From Candidatus Polarisedimenticolia bacterium (GTDB lineage: Bacteria > Acidobacteriota > Polarisedimenticolia > Gp22-AA2): a stretch of DNA of 17,562 nt. Location: positions 1 through 17,562 of the forward strand of contig JBOGOE010000373.1 in NCBI GenBank assembly GCA_050747445.1, in the 5' to 3' direction. The translations under genes were made by a program, and so were the position numbers. Within the stretch, counting starts at the first letter, position 1; each line of letters opens with the position of its first letter. Of this stretch, positions 14,970 to 17,562 are shown piece after piece. The notes beneath the pieces are model-generated. The model made no database searches. It was not told the origin of the DNA and was given only the letters and a program-made list of their open reading frames with translations.

Positions 14970-16112
14970 ATGTCGAATCCACAGCAGGCACGAACGCCGG
15001 CCGCGGCGCCGGCGCCGGACGGGCGCGCCGATCTGTTGATCCTCCTCGCCTCCCCGGCGCCCGATCGCGCCGCCCTGCGCGCGGCCCTCGAGGCCCTGCC
15101 GGAAGCGGACGTCCCGGCCCTGCTGCAGCGCGCCGCGTGGCACCGGGTCGACGGGCTGGCGTCCCGGACCCTGGAGCGGTGCGCGCCGGATCGCGTCTCC
15201 CCCTGGCTGCTTTCGAGCCTGCGCCGCCGGCGGCAGCGCCGCGCCGCCGCGACCCTGGCCCAGGGACTGGCCCTGGGCGAGATCCTGGAGGCCCTGGGGC
15301 GGCGCGATCTCCCGGTCATCGTCCTGCGCGGCCTGCGGAGCGTCGAATCGATCTACGGCGATCCCGGCGTCCGCCCGTTCGAAGACCACGATCTCCTGGT
15401 GACCGGGCGCGAAGCCGCGACGGCGCGCGCCACCCTGCTGCGGCTGCGTTTCGAGGAGGCGGCTCCCGGATACTTCCGGCGCGGCGGGGTGTTCGTCGAT
15501 CTGCACGTCGATCCGCTGGGGGCGCGGCGGCGGCCCGCCCGCGCCGCGCTCTTCCCCTTCCCGACGGCGTCGTTGTTCGAGCGCGCCGTTCCGGGTCTGG
15601 TCGCCGGAGGCCCGGCCCTGATCCCGCGGGCCGAGGACGAGCTGCTGCTGCTCGCGGTGCACGTGGTCAAGCATTCGTTCGATCGCTTGATCCGGATCGC
15701 GGATCTGGCGCACCGCCTCGCGGCGCCCGGGACGGCGATCGATCCGGAGGCGCTCGCGGCGCGCGCGGCGGCGTCGCGCACCACCCGAATCGTCGCCTGG
15801 GCGCTGCGCGCGGCGGCCCCCCTGGGGGCGCCGCTCCCGCCTCCCTTCGCGGGCTGCCGGGGTTCGCGTCTCGAGGAGCTCCTGGTGCGGCGCGCCGCCG
15901 CGTTGCATCCCCTCCCCTACTGCGGCGAGATCCTGATGGCGCTGGCGGCCCCCGGTCTCCGGGCGCGCGCCACCTTCCTGCTCGACGCGCTCTGGCCGCG
16001 CGGCGAGACACCGACCGCGGCGCTGGGGCGGACGATCGCCTTCCCGGGCCGGGCGGCGGGGCTGGTGAAGGACGCGGCGCGGCAGTTCGCCGAGCGGCGG
16101 AGCGTGCGATGA
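14970..16112 (+). CDS. PF14907-like (NTP_transf_5) nucleotidyltransferase family protein
   Basis: 380 aa from the ATG at 14970, which has TAGGAG 7 nt upstream. The track's TTG at 14904 is an alternative start. Family-typical blocks are present: AAWHRVDGL, VIVLRGLRSVESIYGDPGVRPFEDHDLLV (a Pol-beta-type G..x..DxD nucleotidyltransferase motif) and LLAVHVVKHSFDRLIRIADL. The stop TGA at 16110-16112 overlaps the next gene's ATG as ATGA. Confidence 0.75.
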   Translation: MSNPQQARTPAAAPAPDGRADLLILLASPAPDRAALRAALEALPEADVPALLQRAAWHRVDGLASRTLERCAPDRVSPWLLSSLRRRRQRRAAATLAQGLALGEILEALGRRDLPVIVLRGLRSVESIYGDPGVRPFEDHDLLVTGREAATARATLLRLRFEEAAPGYFRRGGVFVDLHVDPLGARRRPARAALFPFPTASLFERAVPGLVAGGPALIPRAEDELLLLAVHVVKHSFDRLIRIADLAHRLAAPGTAIDPEALAARAAASRTTRIVAWALRAAAPLGAPLPPPFAGCRGSRLEELLVRRAAALHPLPYCGEILMALAAPGLRARATFLLDALWPRGETPTAALGRTIAFPGRAAGLVKDAARQFAERRSVR

Positions 16113-16420
16113 GCGGCGCGGCGCGGCTCACCCGGTACGTCGCGGCCCCCGACGTCGTGGCGCGGCAGGTGGCGGGGGAGCAGCTGCTGGTCCCGGTGCG
16201 GGGCAGCGCGGCGCGGATCGACTATCTCTTCACCTGCAACGAGGTCGGGGCGTTCGTCTTCGGGCGCCTGGACGGGAGCCGCGATCTCGACGCCCTGGCG
16301 CGCGCGGTGAGCGAGGCGTTCGAGGTGGAGGAGACGCGCGCGCGCCGGGACGTCGAGGCGTTTCTCGACAGCCTGCACGAGGCCGGGCTGGTCCGGGCGG
16401 CTCCGGAGATTCACCCGTGA
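16109..16420 (+). CDS. PqqD-family peptide chaperone (RiPP recognition element, RRE)
   Basis: 103 aa (MSGAARLTRYVAAPDVVARQVAGEQLLVPV...CNEVGAFVFGRLDGSRDLDALARAVSEAFEVEETRARRDVEAFLDSLHEAGLV). It has PqqD-like size and a wHTH/β-strand leader-binding pattern. GGAG lies 9 nt upstream. Its ATG overlaps the upstream stop, and its stop overlaps the downstream GTG. Confidence 0.8.
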   Translation: MSGAARLTRYVAAPDVVARQVAGEQLLVPVRGSAARIDYLFTCNEVGAFVFGRLDGSRDLDALARAVSEAFEVEETRARRDVEAFLDSLHEAGLVRAAPEIHP

Positions 16421-17562
16421 CCGCCTGCCGCGAGCTCGCCTACGACGCGTTCGGCCGGCGGGTGCAGGCGGCCTGCGCGGGCGCCCGGGTTCCGCTGTCG
16501 GGCTCCATCGAGATCACCTTCCGCTGCAATCTGCGTTGCGTCCATTGCTACATCCCCGACTACTCCGGCCGGGGCGAGATGAGCGCGGCCGAGATCGAGC
16601 GTATCCTCTCCGAGGCCGCGGACGCCGGCTGCCTGTGGCTCCTCCTGACCGGTGGCGAGGTCCTTCTCCGATCCGATTTCCCGCGGATCTACCGCCACGC
16701 CAAGCGGCTGGGGTGCCTGGTCACCGTGTTCAGCAACGGCACGCTCCTCGACGAGCGGATCGCGGATCTGCTGGCCGAGTATCCCCCCTTCGGGATCGAA
16801 TTCACCCTGTACGGGCTGTCGGACGAGACCTATCTGAAGACCACCGGGTTCCCGGGTCGCTTCACCCGGGTGCGCCGGGCCATCGATCTGTGCGTCACGC
16901 GCGGTCTCCCGCTGAGCCTCAAGGCGGTGGCGATGGAACCCCTGCGGGGCGAGATTGAGGGGATGCGCCGGCTGGCCGCGGACCTGGGTCTCGCGTTCCG
17001 CTACGACACCATGGTCCACGGGCGGCTGGACGGATCGGACGCCCCGCTCGCGGTTCGCGCCGCGCCGCGCGACGTGGTGTCCTTCGACCGCGACGACCCC
17101 CGGCGGATCGCCGACTGGCTCGCGTTCTACAAGGGGTACGTGGCGCCGGGTCCGCAGGCGGTGTCGTACCTGATGTCGTGCGGGGCCGGCGTGAACGCCT
17201 TCCATGTCGACCCCAAAGGGACCCTGCTGACCTGCGAAGCGCTGCCGCTCGAGGGGTACGACCTGCGCCGCGGCTCGTTCCGCGAGGGGTGGGAGGCGAT
17301 CGGCGCCCTCCGGCACCGGCGGGCGGCGCCCCACAACGTCTGCACCGCCTGCGAGCTGAAGGCGATGTGCGATCGCTGCCCCGCCACGGCGCTCCTGGAG
17401 ACCGGCAGTCCCGACGGCTGGATCCCCTGGTACTGCGAGATCACCCACCGTCGTGCGGCCCTGCTCGAAGAGAACCTCGGCAACGGGGAGAAATCCGCCC
17501 GCTACCGCGCCCACGCGGAGCGGGTCGCCGCCGGCTGGACCCCGCCCGGCGCCGTCCTGCCC
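16417..17562 (+). CDS. Radical SAM/SPASM-domain peptide-modifying enzyme (partial; 3' end beyond window)
   Basis: GTG start at 16417, with GGAG 8 nt upstream. The CX3CX2C cluster is FRCNLRCVHCY. The SPASM auxiliary-cluster cysteines are CGAGVNAFHVDPKGTLLTCE, CTACELKAMCDRC and WYC. The frame is open through 17562 (at least 382 aa). It is absent from the ORF track only because it has no in-window stop. Confidence 0.85.
   Translation, partial: MTACRELAYDAFGRRVQAACAGARVPLSGSIEITFRCNLRCVHCYIPDYSGRGEMSAAEIERILSEAADAGCLWLLLTGGEVLLRSDFPRIYRHAKRLGCLVTVFSNGTLLDERIADLLAEYPPFGIEFTLYGLSDETYLKTTGFPGRFTRVRRAIDLCVTRGLPLSLKAVAMEPLRGEIEGMRRLAADLGLAFRYDTMVHGRLDGSDAPLAVRAAPRDVVSFDRDDPRRIADWLAFYKGYVAPGPQAVSYLMSCGAGVNAFHVDPKGTLLTCEALPLEGYDLRRGSFREGWEAIGALRHRRAAPHNVCTACELKAMCDRCPATALLETGSPDGWIPWYCEITHRRAALLEENLGNGEKSARYRAHAERVAAGWTPPGAVLP

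Overview
This is a very GC-rich window (about 73-75% GC), which causes the six-frame track to show many long, spurious overlapping or antisense ORFs. Nearly all of the window (44..14789) is a co-directional minus-strand array of housekeeping genes: leuS, lptE, holA, guaA, dnaE, then a promoter, metK, ahcY, and a membrane-anchored alkaline-phosphatase-family/TPR protein. The leuS-lptE-holA synteny and the presence of LptE indicate a diderm (Gram-negative-type) organism; the phylum cannot be assigned from sequence alone. The most unusual content is a divergently transcribed plus-strand cassette starting at 14970. It encodes a PF14907-type nucleotidyltransferase, a PqqD-family RiPP recognition element, and a radical SAM/SPASM maturase. 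The three genes are linked by ATGA/GTGA start-stop overlaps, and the cassette runs off the window end. This looks like a RiPP-type peptide-modification system. No precursor peptide gene is visible in the window.
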